Source: an uncultured Collinsella sp. (GTDB taxonomy: Bacteria; Actinomycetota; Coriobacteriia; Coriobacteriales; Coriobacteriaceae). From it: a stretch of DNA of 47,210 nt. Below are positions 9,871 through 19,359 of the stretch, in pieces. The position numbers and the translations under genes are program-made. Under the pieces are notes generated by a model. It was given only the letters and a program-made list of their open reading frames with translations. It did not search any database and was not told the DNA's origin. Numbering within the stretch: the first letter of the stretch is position 1; every line of letters begins with the position of its first letter. The stretch spans positions 1 through 47,210 of the forward strand of contig URKT01000001.1 in NCBI GenBank assembly GCA_900548495.1, in the 5' to 3' direction.

Positions 9871-10002
9871 GCAGATTCCTTTCTTGTTGTCTCTATATAG
9901 ACGGGACGGGTCTCAACCGAACGACGGAATCGCATGCGATCCGCAACCGATAGAAAACCCGCCCCTCAACATGATACGAAAGACGATGGATGTCAATAAA
10001 TC

Positions 10003-11112
10003 TTAGAGAAGTTCTTTGCGAGAAGCCAAGTAGGCGTGAGCATGGCGCTCAAGAACCTCGTCCTCAACGCTCGTTAGGCGAATGGCACCGAGTGCTGCGG
10101 GCAGCGGCAGCATGCTGCGATTCGAGCGAACGAACTGCTGCTTGCGGAACTCCTCGATAAACGCGGTGGGCTCCAGGTCGAAGGCAAGCTCCTCGATACC
10201 AAAGTCCTCCAGGCAGTCATCGACCTCAAAGACGTAATCGATATCAAAGTCGCAGGCATCATGTGCTAGGCGCGCCTCAAAGCGCATGCCCTCGGATAAC
10301 AGCTGATAGGCAGGGACCTGCGAAGCGGCATCACCCAAGCAAGCGCGCAAGGTACGCTCCCCCGTCTTACCAAAATCGAGCGCATGGCGGGCGCTCGGGT
10401 TCGTGGCCATCAGTACGTCCTTGCGGGCAGTCTGAGACCATTGAACGGCATTGACGAGCGCGACCTCCTCGCCCGCGAGAATCTCGGGGACGGTCTCAGT
10501 AAACTGATTCCAGCGGGACTTGCTGCTCGAAAGCATGGTGCCAACAAGTACCACATAGCCGAGCTTAAGGTCCTCGGGGTCCGCCTCGCGAACAAGGTCG
10601 AGGTCACACACGACCAAGCCCGGTTCGGGACGGAAGGCGATAGCGGGAAGCGCATTCGCCGACGAGGCGACGAGCGGCTTCATGGTCGTCGCGACCGTGA
10701 GCATGGCGTCGAACGTCGTCGGCAGTAAGGCGCACTCGGTGCGACCGCACCACTGATTGGCACACCAACAAACGACCGAGCAGGTCGCTGTATCGCCGAC
10801 AGCGACAACCAAATCGTCGCAGGTAATGCCGTTAGCCGACAGGGCGCCAAAGACGGTATCGGCATCGACCAGCGTGGCACCAGCAGGCGAAACCTCGAGG
10901 ACTAGCGGCGACACGACAAAACCGGCGTCGACCAGCGCATGCTCGACGACCTCACCAAAACGCTCGGATGTGGCGGAGTTCCAAACCACCATCGCGCGCT
11001 TAGGTTTGCCCACAGCCGAGGCAAACATGCGCGACAGCTCATCGAACGCGCCCAATCCGACGCGGACATCGACACTGCGGTTTTGGAAATTGATCAGTTG
11101 ACGGCGAATCAT
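10003..11112 (-). CDS. 3-dehydroquinate synthase-like protein with degenerate active site
   Basis: AroB framework (LLPTT, PGLVVCDLD, ARHALDFG, LSEGM) and ATGA overlap with aroK, but GGG, DSSxGGK, KN and the His/Glu zinc ligands are absent. Confidence 0.8.
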   Translation of the reverse strand: MIRRQLINFQNRSVDVRVGLGAFDELSRMFASAVGKPKRAMVVWNSATSERFGEVVEHALVDAGFVVSPLVLEVSPAGATLVDADTVFGALSANGITCDDLVVAVGDTATCSVVCWCANQWCGRTECALLPTTFDAMLTVATTMKPLVASSANALPAIAFRPEPGLVVCDLDLVREADPEDLKLGYVVLVGTMLSSSKSRWNQFTETVPEILAGEEVALVNAVQWSQTARKDVLMATNPSARHALDFGKTGERTLRACLGDAASQVPAYQLLSEGMRFEARLAHDACDFDIDYVFEVDDCLEDFGIEELAFDLEPTAFIEEFRKQQFVRSNRSMLPLPAALGAIRLTSVEDEVLERHAHAYLASRKELL

Positions 11113-11642
11113 AGCAGTCCACGCTCCAAAAGCATCTCGGCACAAAGGTAGGAAACGTCCTCGAAGGACTTGTTGCGAATATCAAGGGTAAGGTCGGCGG
11201 CCTGGCGATACAGCGGACGGCGATGCTCAAACAGGCGCGCAGCGTGCTCGGGCGAACGGAAATCGGGGCGCGTGTCGGACCGACGAATCTGGCGAATCGA
11301 ATCCTCGAAGTCGCCCTCAAGGTACACACACGTACCCATTTCGTGCATCAGCTCAATATTCACCGGCGTCTCGACGATACCGCCACCGCACGAAACCAAC
11401 AGGCTACGCTCGCTTTGGAGCGAACGGAGCGCCGAGGTCTCGAGCTCGCGAAAACGATCCTCACCCTCGGTCTCAAAAATCTCGGTTACCGACTTGCCGC
11501 AACGGCGCACGACTAGGCGGTCGGTATCGATAAAACGCCGCTTGAACATAGTGCCGACGTTGCGCGCGAGCGTCGATTTGCCCGCGCCCAAAAAGCCGAT
11601 AAAGAAGATATGGTCGCAGCCGTGTTTGGTGTGCTGGGACAT
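11109..11642 (-). CDS. aroK: Shikimate kinase
   Basis: GFLGAGKST P-loop, DTD, GEDRFRELE, SCGGG, RP, RRPLY. Confidence 0.9.
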   Translation of the reverse strand: MSQHTKHGCDHIFFIGFLGAGKSTLARNVGTMFKRRFIDTDRLVVRRCGKSVTEIFETEGEDRFRELETSALRSLQSERSLLVSCGGGIVETPVNIELMHEMGTCVYLEGDFEDSIRQIRRSDTRPDFRSPEHAARLFEHRRPLYRQAADLTLDIRNKSFEDVSYLCAEMLLERGLL

Positions 11643-11650
11643 GACGAGAC

Positions 11651-12148
11651 CTATTCCTCGCAGGGAAGGTCGCGCAGGGCCCGGCGCTCAAAGATACGGA
11701 AGATCTGCGTATACCACAGGTCTTGCGTCGCCTGCGGCTTAACCAAGATGGTATCGACGCCGGCGAAGTTGCCGCTCCACACGTCCGTGTAGAGCTGATC
11801 ACCGATCAGCACCGCCTCGTCAGCCGTGGCGCCGAGGCGCTTAAGACCCGCCTTGAGGGCAAACGGCGCCGGCTTCATGGCGTGGCTGATGGCCTCGAGT
11901 CCCAGCTCGCGTGCCGATGCCATGACCTGGTCGCGATGCCAGTTATTGGACACCATGCACAGCTTAAAGCCTTTGGCGCGGGCGGCGTCGAGCCAAGCGG
12001 AAATCGCGGCGGGGACCTGCTCGGTGTCGCGCGGCACCAGGGTGTTATCGCGATCGAGCAGAATGGCGCGTTTGCCGTCGGCCCACAGGGTATCGAGATC
12101 GATGCGATCGACCGAGGCAACGTATCGTTTGGGGCTAAAAATCCTCAT
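11651..12148 (-). CDS. YqeG family HAD IIIA phosphatase
   Basis: LDRDNTL, VSNN, AMKP, IGDQLYTD; ATG at 12148. Confidence 0.9.
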   Translation of the reverse strand: MRIFSPKRYVASVDRIDLDTLWADGKRAILLDRDNTLVPRDTEQVPAAISAWLDAARAKGFKLCMVSNNWHRDQVMASARELGLEAISHAMKPAPFALKAGLKRLGATADEAVLIGDQLYTDVWSGNFAGVDTILVKPQATQDLWYTQIFRIFERRALRDLPCEE

Positions 12149-12149
12149 G

Positions 12150-13535
12150 CTAATTCCAAGACTGTTGATGCTCTTCGTAGGTTTGCGAGAAGTACTCCTC
12201 GTCCTGCGTAATGTAGAAATACAGGTCATCGGAGTCGGTCGGCTCAAGCGTGGCCTTGAGTGCCTCGAGCGACGGAGAGCAGATGGGCGTGGGCGGTAGG
12301 CCCTCGTGCTTATAGGTGTTATACGGACTATCGCTCTGCAGGTCGTCGGCGGTAACCTCGCCACCGGTGACATACATCATGGTCGCATCGCTGTTGAGAT
12401 AGCGCAGACCGTCGAGTTTGCCGGCAAGGCGGTTGTAGAAGACCGAGGCCACGTGCGCACGTTGATCGGCGTTGAGGCCCTCGCGCTCAACGATAGAGGC
12501 CAAGTTGACGATGTCGTAGTCGGACATCTCCACGCCGTAGCGTTCCTTGATCTTGGCTTCGCAGCTCGCAAAGTCAAGCGACTTGTACTCGGTCTTAAAC
12601 TGATCGAGCATGGCGCGAATCACGTCATCGGCCGTCGGCGAATCGCCCAGCGAATAGGTCTTGGGGAACAAGAAACCCTCGAGCGAATCGTTGGCGGCGC
12701 CCTTAAGGAAGCTATAGTCGTCAACGTAGTTGGAGGCCTTGACCTGGTTGAGGAAGTCTTCCTTAGAGATGCTGTCGTAGGCCTGGGCCACACGGTCGGC
12801 GACTTGATCGACCGTTAGGCCCTCAGGGATAGTCAGCGCATTGGAGCCCGCGTTGGGGCCTTCCATGAGCTGCTGAACAACCTTGGTCGCATCCATGAGT
12901 GTGGTAAACGAATAATCACCAGGCTTGAGCGACATATCGGCGTTGAGCTTTTTCACCGCCGCATAATAATCCTTGGGATTTTCGACGATATGGTTCTCAG
13001 AGAGAATCGAGGCGATAGTATCGCCCGAGGCACCGTCGGGAATCGTGATAGTAACTTGCTGGCCAGCAGCGACTTTCGCATCCTCACCGCCAAAGAAGCC
13101 CTTGACGGCTGGCACGACAAAGAAAACGATCGCGACAAGCGCAAGCACGGCGACGACGCCACCGATAATCATAGGCACCGGGGAGCTTTTCTTTTGTGTA
13201 CCACGGCGGACGTGCGTGTTATAGCTCGAGCGCGTAGCCGGAGCAACGCCGTGGGAACCGAGAGCGTGATGCGAATGCGACTGGGGGGCCTGCACTCGCT
13301 GGGTAGATGCCTGCTGCTTAAAGCGGGTACCGCCTGCAGGCTGGGCCGAACGAGCAGAAGGCTGCTGACCCGTCCGTTGAACAGGTTGGGCCGAATGAGA
13401 GAAGGACTGCGCCGGGCGCGCGGCAGGCTGAGCTGCACGCTGCGTCGGCTGTGCCGGACGCTGGCCAGGCTGGGCAGGGCGCGACGCCGGCTGCCGTGTA
13501 CGATTCTGCTGGCGCGGATCGGAAGCGCTAGGCAT
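12150..13535 (-). CDS. mltG: Endolytic transglycosylase MltG (YceG) with a long N-terminal cytoplasmic tail
   Basis: TIPEG, LEGFLFPKTY, ASIVERE, SPYNTY..EGLPPTPICSP; single TM helix; GAGGAGG RBS. Confidence 0.93.
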   Translation of the reverse strand: MPSASDPRQQNRTRQPASRPAQPGQRPAQPTQRAAQPAARPAQSFSHSAQPVQRTGQQPSARSAQPAGGTRFKQQASTQRVQAPQSHSHHALGSHGVAPATRSSYNTHVRRGTQKKSSPVPMIIGGVVAVLALVAIVFFVVPAVKGFFGGEDAKVAAGQQVTITIPDGASGDTIASILSENHIVENPKDYYAAVKKLNADMSLKPGDYSFTTLMDATKVVQQLMEGPNAGSNALTIPEGLTVDQVADRVAQAYDSISKEDFLNQVKASNYVDDYSFLKGAANDSLEGFLFPKTYSLGDSPTADDVIRAMLDQFKTEYKSLDFASCEAKIKERYGVEMSDYDIVNLASIVEREGLNADQRAHVASVFYNRLAGKLDGLRYLNSDATMMYVTGGEVTADDLQSDSPYNTYKHEGLPPTPICSPSLEALKATLEPTDSDDLYFYITQDEEYFSQTYEEHQQSWN

Positions 13536-13956
13536 GCGAAACCTCCTCGTTTTTACGATCGAGCCACGTCTGCAAAAACAGGCTGGCGGCAATCATGTCG
13601 ATCTTGCCCCTCATCTGCTTTTCGTTAAGGCCCTGCTCGCGCAGGATACGCTTAGCCTCTTGCGAGGACAGACGCTCGTCCTCAAACTCAAGCGGAAGAT
13701 CGAGCTCGTCGGCAATCTTTTGCGCCACGGCGGCAACGCGCTCGGCCTGGGGACCAGGCTCACCGGCCATGGTCAGGGGACGTCCGCTTACCAGGATGTC
13801 GGGCTCATAGTCCTCGACCAGGTAGCGGAACGTCTTGGCCATACCGGTGACCTCTGCAGCCGGGAGCACCTTGACGGGCATCGCCATCTTGCCATCACGG
13901 CTCGAGACGGCGATGCCGATCCTGGTCTCCCCTATGTCCAGCGCGAGCGCGACCAC
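13528..13956 (-). CDS. ruvX: Pre-16S rRNA nuclease / Holliday junction resolvase-like YqgF
   Basis: LALDIGETRIGIAVS, EDERLSS, IDMIAASLFLQ. Confidence 0.93.
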   Translation of the reverse strand: MVALALDIGETRIGIAVSSRDGKMAMPVKVLPAAEVTGMAKTFRYLVEDYEPDILVSGRPLTMAGEPGPQAERVAAVAQKIADELDLPLEFEDERLSSQEAKRILREQGLNEKQMRGKIDMIAASLFLQTWLDRKNEEVSHA

Positions 13957-13973
13957 AGTGACTTCTTAGATTC

Positions 13974-16631
13974 TTAGGCGCCGAGCGCGGTCTTAGCGGC
14001 CGCGAGGGCATCGGCGATACCGGCAGCGTTCTTGCCACCGGCCTGGGCCATGTTGGGACGGCCACCACCGCGACCGTCAACCAGGCCCGCGATCTGCTTG
14101 ATCACGTTACCGGCGTGGAACCCGGCCTTCACGGCGTCATCGGAGCCGGCGGCGAGCAGGGCCGGAGTGCCCTTCTCAGTCACGCTGGCGACGACACAAG
14201 CGACAGGGCCGGCGACCTTCTGGTGCACGGTATCCCATACGTTGCGCAGGTCGGCAGCCTCAAGGCCTTGGAGCTCAGCGACGACGAGCTTGTAGCCGCC
14301 GAGCTCGACGGCACCCTCGATGGCACTGGAAATAGCGTCGGAGGAGCCACCGGTCAGAGCCTTTTTGAGCTTGTTGGACGTCTCGCGCAGCTCGGCCTGC
14401 AGGTTCTCCACGCGGGCGGGAACCTCGTCGACGCGGCACTTGAGCGCAGCGGCGGCGGCGTCAACGAGCGCCAGGCGGTCGGCCATATAGTCGAGGGCAC
14501 CCTTAGAGGTCACAGCCTCGATACGGCGGACATTGGAGCCTGTGGAGGACTCGGAAATGATCTTGAACAGGCCGATCTCGGCGGTGTTGGCAGCGTGCGT
14601 GCCACCGCAGAGCTCGCGAGAGAACGGCTGGTCCTCGGCGCCCACGGAGACGACGCGGACGACATCGCCGTACTTCTCGCCAAACAGAGCGACAGCGCCG
14701 GCAGCCTTAGCCTCGTCGATGCCCATGACACGGGTCACGACCGGCTTAGAAGCGAAGATCTGCTGGTTGACCAGGTCCTCGACAGCCTTGAGCTGCTCGG
14801 AGGACAGGGCCTCGAAGTGCGTGAAGTCAAAGCGCAGGTGCTCGGGCGTCACCAGCGAGCCGGCCTGGGAGACGTGCTCGCCCAGGACCTGCTTAAGGGC
14901 AGCGTCGAGCAGGTGCGTGGCGGTGTGGTTGCGGCGCAGGAAGCCACGGCGCTCGGCGTCGAGCGCGGCGGTAACAGCGGCACCGAGAGTCAGCGTGCCC
15001 TCGGCAACGTGCGCGACGTGGGCATACAGGCCGTTGTGGTTCTTGGTGTCGGCAACGGTCAGAACAACGCCCTCGGCGGAAAGCTTGCCGGCATCGCCCT
15101 GCTGGCCACCCATCTCGGCATAGAACGGGGTGCGGTCGAGCACGACCTCGACATCCTCGCCGGCGGCAGCGGACTCGACGGACTCGCCGTTGCGCACGAT
15201 GGCGACAACCTTGGCGCCCTCGATCACATCGTTGTCATAGCCGTCGAACTCGGTCGCTGCGACCTTGTCCGAAAGCTCGACCCACACGTCGTTGAAGCTG
15301 CCCCAGGCGTCGCCCTTGGCATTGGCGCGGGCGCGGGCCTTCTGGTCCTCCATGCAGGCAGTGAAGCCGTCCATGTCGAGGTCGTGGCCAGCGGTGCCGG
15401 CGATCTCGACGGTCAGATCGATGGGGAAACCAAAGGTGTCGTGCAGCTTAAAGGCGACATCGCCCGGAAGCACGGCGCCCTCGGCAAGCGCTGCCAGGGC
15501 CTCGTCCAGATAGACGCGGCCGTTGTCGAGCGTCGTGGAGAAGCGCTCCTCCTCGGAGGCAACGATACCCTTGACGAGCGCGACGTTCTTGAGCAGCTCG
15601 GGATAGGCCTCGCCCATCTGAGCGTTAACCTCGTCGATGAACTTGGTCAGGAAAGCGCCCTCGATGCCCAGCAGGCGACCGTGGAACACGGCACGACGGA
15701 GCAGGCGGCGAAGGACGTACTCGCGACCCTCGTTACCGGGGAGGATGCCATCCGAAATCATAAAGTCGACGGCACGGGAGTGGTCGGCGATGATGCGCAG
15801 CGAGCGGCTGGCACCGGAGTAATCGTCGGCGTCATAGGTCTTGCCGCTGATCTCCTCGCCCAGCTTGATGAGATGCTGCATCAGATCGCCGTCGTAGTTA
15901 GCGGTCTTGTGCTGCATGATGGCGGCCATGCGCTCCAGGCCCATGCCCGTATCGAGGTTGCGGTGCGGCAGCTCCGGCATGGAGCCGTCCTCCTGGCGGT
16001 CATACTGGGTAAAGACGAGGTTCCAGAACTCCAGGAAGCGGTCGCAGTCGCAACCGGGCTTGCAGTCGGGGCTGCCGCAACCGACCTCCTCGCCCATGTC
16101 AAAGTAGATCTCGGAGCACGGACCGCAGGGGCCGGTGGGGCCAGCGGCCCAGAAGTTGTCATCCTCGCCCAGGCGGGAGATGTGGTCCTCGGCAACGCCC
16201 AGGGAGCGCCACACATCGTGGGTCTCGTCGTCCTCGGTAAAGACGGTGAAGTACAGGCGGTCGAGCGGCAGCTTGAACTCCTTGGTAATAAGCTCAAAGG
16301 CCCAAGCGCAGGCCTGCTGCTTGGAGACGCCGCCAAAGGAGAAGTCGCCGAGCATCTCGAAGAAGGACAGGTGACGGCCGTCCTCGCCGATGCAATCGAT
16401 GTCGTTGGTGCGGACGCACTTCTGGCAGGAGATAGCGCCGATCTCCTTCATGGTCTTCTTGCCCTGGTAGTACTCCTTAAACTGGTTCATGCCGGCGTTG
16501 GCAAGCAGCAGCGAAGGATCGTCGGGGACGAGGGACGAAGAAGGATAGAGCTTAAGACCGCGCTCCTCAAAGAAGTTGAGGAACTTGGAGCGGATCTCGG
16601 CCGTAGTCATTGACGGGTAGTCAGCACTCAT
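13974..16631 (-). CDS. alaS: Alanine--tRNA ligase
   Basis: EIRSKFLNFF, NAGMNQFK, DTGMGLER, HTATH, ELCGGTH, GGGRPNMAQAGG; true start at 16631 or 16610, not 17165. Confidence 0.97.
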   Translation of the reverse strand: MSADYPSMTTAEIRSKFLNFFEERGLKLYPSSSLVPDDPSLLLANAGMNQFKEYYQGKKTMKEIGAISCQKCVRTNDIDCIGEDGRHLSFFEMLGDFSFGGVSKQQACAWAFELITKEFKLPLDRLYFTVFTEDDETHDVWRSLGVAEDHISRLGEDDNFWAAGPTGPCGPCSEIYFDMGEEVGCGSPDCKPGCDCDRFLEFWNLVFTQYDRQEDGSMPELPHRNLDTGMGLERMAAIMQHKTANYDGDLMQHLIKLGEEISGKTYDADDYSGASRSLRIIADHSRAVDFMISDGILPGNEGREYVLRRLLRRAVFHGRLLGIEGAFLTKFIDEVNAQMGEAYPELLKNVALVKGIVASEEERFSTTLDNGRVYLDEALAALAEGAVLPGDVAFKLHDTFGFPIDLTVEIAGTAGHDLDMDGFTACMEDQKARARANAKGDAWGSFNDVWVELSDKVAATEFDGYDNDVIEGAKVVAIVRNGESVESAAAGEDVEVVLDRTPFYAEMGGQQGDAGKLSAEGVVLTVADTKNHNGLYAHVAHVAEGTLTLGAAVTAALDAERRGFLRRNHTATHLLDAALKQVLGEHVSQAGSLVTPEHLRFDFTHFEALSSEQLKAVEDLVNQQIFASKPVVTRVMGIDEAKAAGAVALFGEKYGDVVRVVSVGAEDQPFSRELCGGTHAANTAEIGLFKIISESSTGSNVRRIEAVTSKGALDYMADRLALVDAAAAALKCRVDEVPARVENLQAELRETSNKLKKALTGGSSDAISSAIEGAVELGGYKLVVAELQGLEAADLRNVWDTVHQKVAGPVACVVASVTEKGTPALLAAGSDDAVKAGFHAGNVIKQIAGLVDGRGGGRPNMAQAGGKNAAGIADALAAAKTALGA

Positions 16632-16703
16632 AGAGGGAATCTCCTCGGTTTCACATCGAAACAGTTCAAACGTAACGATATTACCATCCCGCCGCGCCCA
16701 TGC

Positions 16704-16733
16704 AAAAAAGAGGGCCGCCAAACAGCGACCCTC
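16704..16733 (-). terminator. Intrinsic terminator of the sigma operon (after the AI-2E gene)
   Basis: Minus strand gagggtcgc-tgtttg-gcggccctc-tttttt. Confidence 0.75.
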
Positions 16734-16782
16734 CAGCGAAATTGCATGTTGGCACGTATGAATGTTAACCCGAATTACCCCG

Positions 16783-18192
16783 CTAGTTGTCGTCATCGTC
16801 CATGGAGCCGTCGATGCCGGTTTTGGTATCGTCGTCCGAGTTGGAGTCATCGTCTTTGGCGAAGGGGTTCTTGAAGAAGCCCGTGGCATCGGGCTGCAGA
16901 CCAGAGAGCTTAATCCAGGGATTATCGAGCTCGGGCTTGGGCATGGCCTTGGCCTCGGGCGCAGTCTCGTTGCCGATGAGCTCAGACTCGTAGATGAAGG
17001 TGTCGTCGCCGAGCGCGTCGTAGGCGGCGACCGGGTTGCCATCGGCATCGCGGTACGGCGTGCCCTTAAACACGGCGCCGTCATAGGCCACAAGCTGGCG
17101 GCCGGTCTCATTCTCGAAGTAGTACACGAAGATACCCTTGAGGGCCGCACACAGCGGGATGGCAATAATCATGCCGATGGGGCCCATGAGTGCCGAGCCA
17201 ATAACGAGCGCCGTGAGGCTCATGATGGGATGCACCTGCACCGAGCTCTGCATGACCTTGGGCGAAATGACGTTATCGGTGACGTTTTGCGCGACCATCG
17301 TCACGATGAGCGTCCATAACGCCAACATAGGGCTGAACATGAAACCGAGCACTGTGGCGATTGCTGCGCTCACCCAAGGACCGACGACCGGAACCAAATG
17401 CAAGATGCCGGTAAAGATAGCCATGAGCGCCGCATACGGATGGCCGATGATCATAAAACCGATAAAGGCGAGGAAACCACCGCAGATGGACGTCACGACC
17501 ATACCGCGCATGTAGCCGCCGACAGAGCGAGAAAGAATGGCGACCATAAAGCGGTACGAGGTCTCCTTCTCCTGACCGATGATGGTGCAAATCTCGTGGT
17601 GCATGCGAGGGTAGTCGCAGGCCATCCAGTAGGCAAGCACCAGACCAAGGAAGATCACGAACAACTGCGAGGCCGTATTGGTGATGAGCGGGAACACACC
17701 GCGGCCAAGCTCGGCAGCAATCTGAGACACATACTTCGATGCCACGGCAACCAGCGACGAAAGATTATCGTCCAAATACTCCTTGAGCGGCGTGTTGTTG
17801 AGCGTCTTGGCATGCGAGATCATCTCGTTGAGATCGCCACCTGCAACACGAAGCTGCTCGGGCAGGCGGCTCAGGACTTCCATGATCTGACCAAAGAGAA
17901 TCGGCGACAAGATGCAAACGACACCGACGAGCACGGCAACAACAACAATAAGCGCGATAAGCGAACCGATGCCGCGATTCACGCCATGGTGCTCGAGCCA
18001 ATTGGTGATCGGGGACATCACAAAAGCAATGATGGAGCCGACGGCAAGAAACTCAATAACCGGTGCCAGGATGCCCATAAGGTTAAAGATGACAGCAGCA
18101 ATAACAATGCAGCCGACAACAGCCCAAATGCGCAGCGTCAGAATGCGGGTGTCGCGCAGCACGCGATCGGTTTGTTGGGGGTGCTCACTCAT
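16783..18192 (-). CDS. AI-2E (PerM/UPF0118) family transporter with an acidic C-terminal tail
   Basis: Multiple TM helices, LVPVVGPW, DNVISPKVM, VHP, GPIGMIIAIP. Confidence 0.9.
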   Translation of the reverse strand: MSEHPQQTDRVLRDTRILTLRIWAVVGCIVIAAVIFNLMGILAPVIEFLAVGSIIAFVMSPITNWLEHHGVNRGIGSLIALIVVVAVLVGVVCILSPILFGQIMEVLSRLPEQLRVAGGDLNEMISHAKTLNNTPLKEYLDDNLSSLVAVASKYVSQIAAELGRGVFPLITNTASQLFVIFLGLVLAYWMACDYPRMHHEICTIIGQEKETSYRFMVAILSRSVGGYMRGMVVTSICGGFLAFIGFMIIGHPYAALMAIFTGILHLVPVVGPWVSAAIATVLGFMFSPMLALWTLIVTMVAQNVTDNVISPKVMQSSVQVHPIMSLTALVIGSALMGPIGMIIAIPLCAALKGIFVYYFENETGRQLVAYDGAVFKGTPYRDADGNPVAAYDALGDDTFIYESELIGNETAPEAKAMPKPELDNPWIKLSGLQPDATGFFKNPFAKDDDSNSDDDTKTGIDGSMDDDDN

Positions 18193-18980
18193 GAACGAAT
18201 CATCACTCCGTCGGGGTCGATCTTGTCCTGAATCTTCTTAAGCGTGCGGCGCAGCAGACGCGAAACCTGCACCTGAGAAATACCCAGTTTCTTGGCGATC
18301 TCGATCTGGGTCATGCCCTTCACAAAACGCAGCTCGATCACCTCGCGCTCGCGCGGCGAAAAATCACGGATGGCTTCCTCGATCACTAGGCGGTCATCGG
18401 TAAAGTCGAGCTCGTTGTCGTCGTCGGCGTAACGGTCGAGAATCGAGGGAGCATCGTCGGAATCGGACGCACCAGGAGCCTCGATGGGCACCGAGGTATA
18501 GGCCGAAGACGATTCCATAGCCTCGAGGACCTCATCGACAGTCACATCTAGATACTCAGCGATCTCCTCAACCTTGGGCGAACGCTGCAGCTCGTTGGTA
18601 AGTTTGTCAGTAGCCTGGTTGACCTTGGCAGAGAGCTCCTGCAGGCGACGCGGAACGCGCACACTCCAGCCCTTGTCGCGGAAATGGCGTTTGATCTCGC
18701 CCAGGATAGTGGGTGTCGCAAACGTCGTGAACTCGAGCCCGCGCTCGGGATCAAAGCGGTCGATAGCCTTGAGCAGGCCCAGATAGCCAACCTGCATCAG
18801 ATCATCGAGCGGCTCGCCGCGGTTCTTAAATTTGTTGGCAAGAAACCTTACCAGGTTCATGTGGGACATGACGAGCTGCTCGCGTGCGTCCGGGTCACCG
18901 GTCTCTTTATAGCGACGAAACAGCTCGCGGGTTTTCTCCTTGTCCCAAGCGGTCTTACCGCTCCGGGAACGTTCGGTCAT
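18189..18980 (-). CDS. SigB/SigF/SigG family RNA polymerase sigma factor
   Basis: DDLMQVGYLGLLKAIDRFDP, FATPTILGEIKRHFRDKGWSVRVPRR, TQIEIAKKLGISQVQVSRL. Confidence 0.95.
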   Translation of the reverse strand: MTERSRSGKTAWDKEKTRELFRRYKETGDPDAREQLVMSHMNLVRFLANKFKNRGEPLDDLMQVGYLGLLKAIDRFDPERGLEFTTFATPTILGEIKRHFRDKGWSVRVPRRLQELSAKVNQATDKLTNELQRSPKVEEIAEYLDVTVDEVLEAMESSSAYTSVPIEAPGASDSDDAPSILDRYADDDNELDFTDDRLVIEEAIRDFSPREREVIELRFVKGMTQIEIAKKLGISQVQVSRLLRRTLKKIQDKIDPDGVMIRS

Positions 18981-18981
18981 A

Positions 18982-19359
18982 TTAGATATCCGCCTTGAGG
19001 TCGAGGGAAAGCGTCAGGGGCGCCGCAGTCTTTTCGTAGGAATCGCACACGCTCGCCAAAATGAGCTCGGCATACACCGCAGCCTGGTCGTCTTCATCGA
19101 CCGTAGCCTGATCGCCAAAGGTAATAGTCATGCCAACGTGGGTCTCATCGACATCGAATTTGATGGTGATGTCATCGCAGTCGACCGCGGTGCAACCAAA
19201 GATGAAAGCCTCCTCGGCAGCCATGCGGATGTCCTCGATGCGATCGACAGACATGGAACACAGGGCACCAACGTTGGCTGCCGTCATGCGCACAAGGCGA
19301 GCGAGACGCGGGTCGCCGGCAACGGTCAGCGTGATGGGGCAGATTGCTTCGCTACTCAT
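18982..19359 (-). CDS. RsbW/UsfX-like anti-sigma factor with degenerate HATPase motifs
   Basis: LARLVRM...IEDIRMAAEEA N-terminal helices, ILASVCD; directly upstream of the sigma gene. Confidence 0.8.
   Translation of the reverse strand: MSSEAICPITLTVAGDPRLARLVRMTAANVGALCSMSVDRIEDIRMAAEEAFIFGCTAVDCDDITIKFDVDETHVGMTITFGDQATVDEDDQAAVYAELILASVCDSYEKTAAPLTLSLDLKADI

Noticed and set aside
9900..9996. TTGACA/TATCAT promoter and small palindrome (cggaatcgcatgcgatccg) upstream of the peptidase gene
   Set aside because: Spacer is only 14 nt and the palindrome is short; too weak to call
14115..16613. 832-aa ORF antisense to alaS
   Set aside because: Mirror frame of a codon-biased high-GC gene; no recognisable motifs or RBS
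16632..17165. 178-aa N-terminal extension of AlaRS in the ORF track
   Set aside because: Overlaps the AI-2E gene in another frame and crosses a terminator; AlaRS homology begins near 16631
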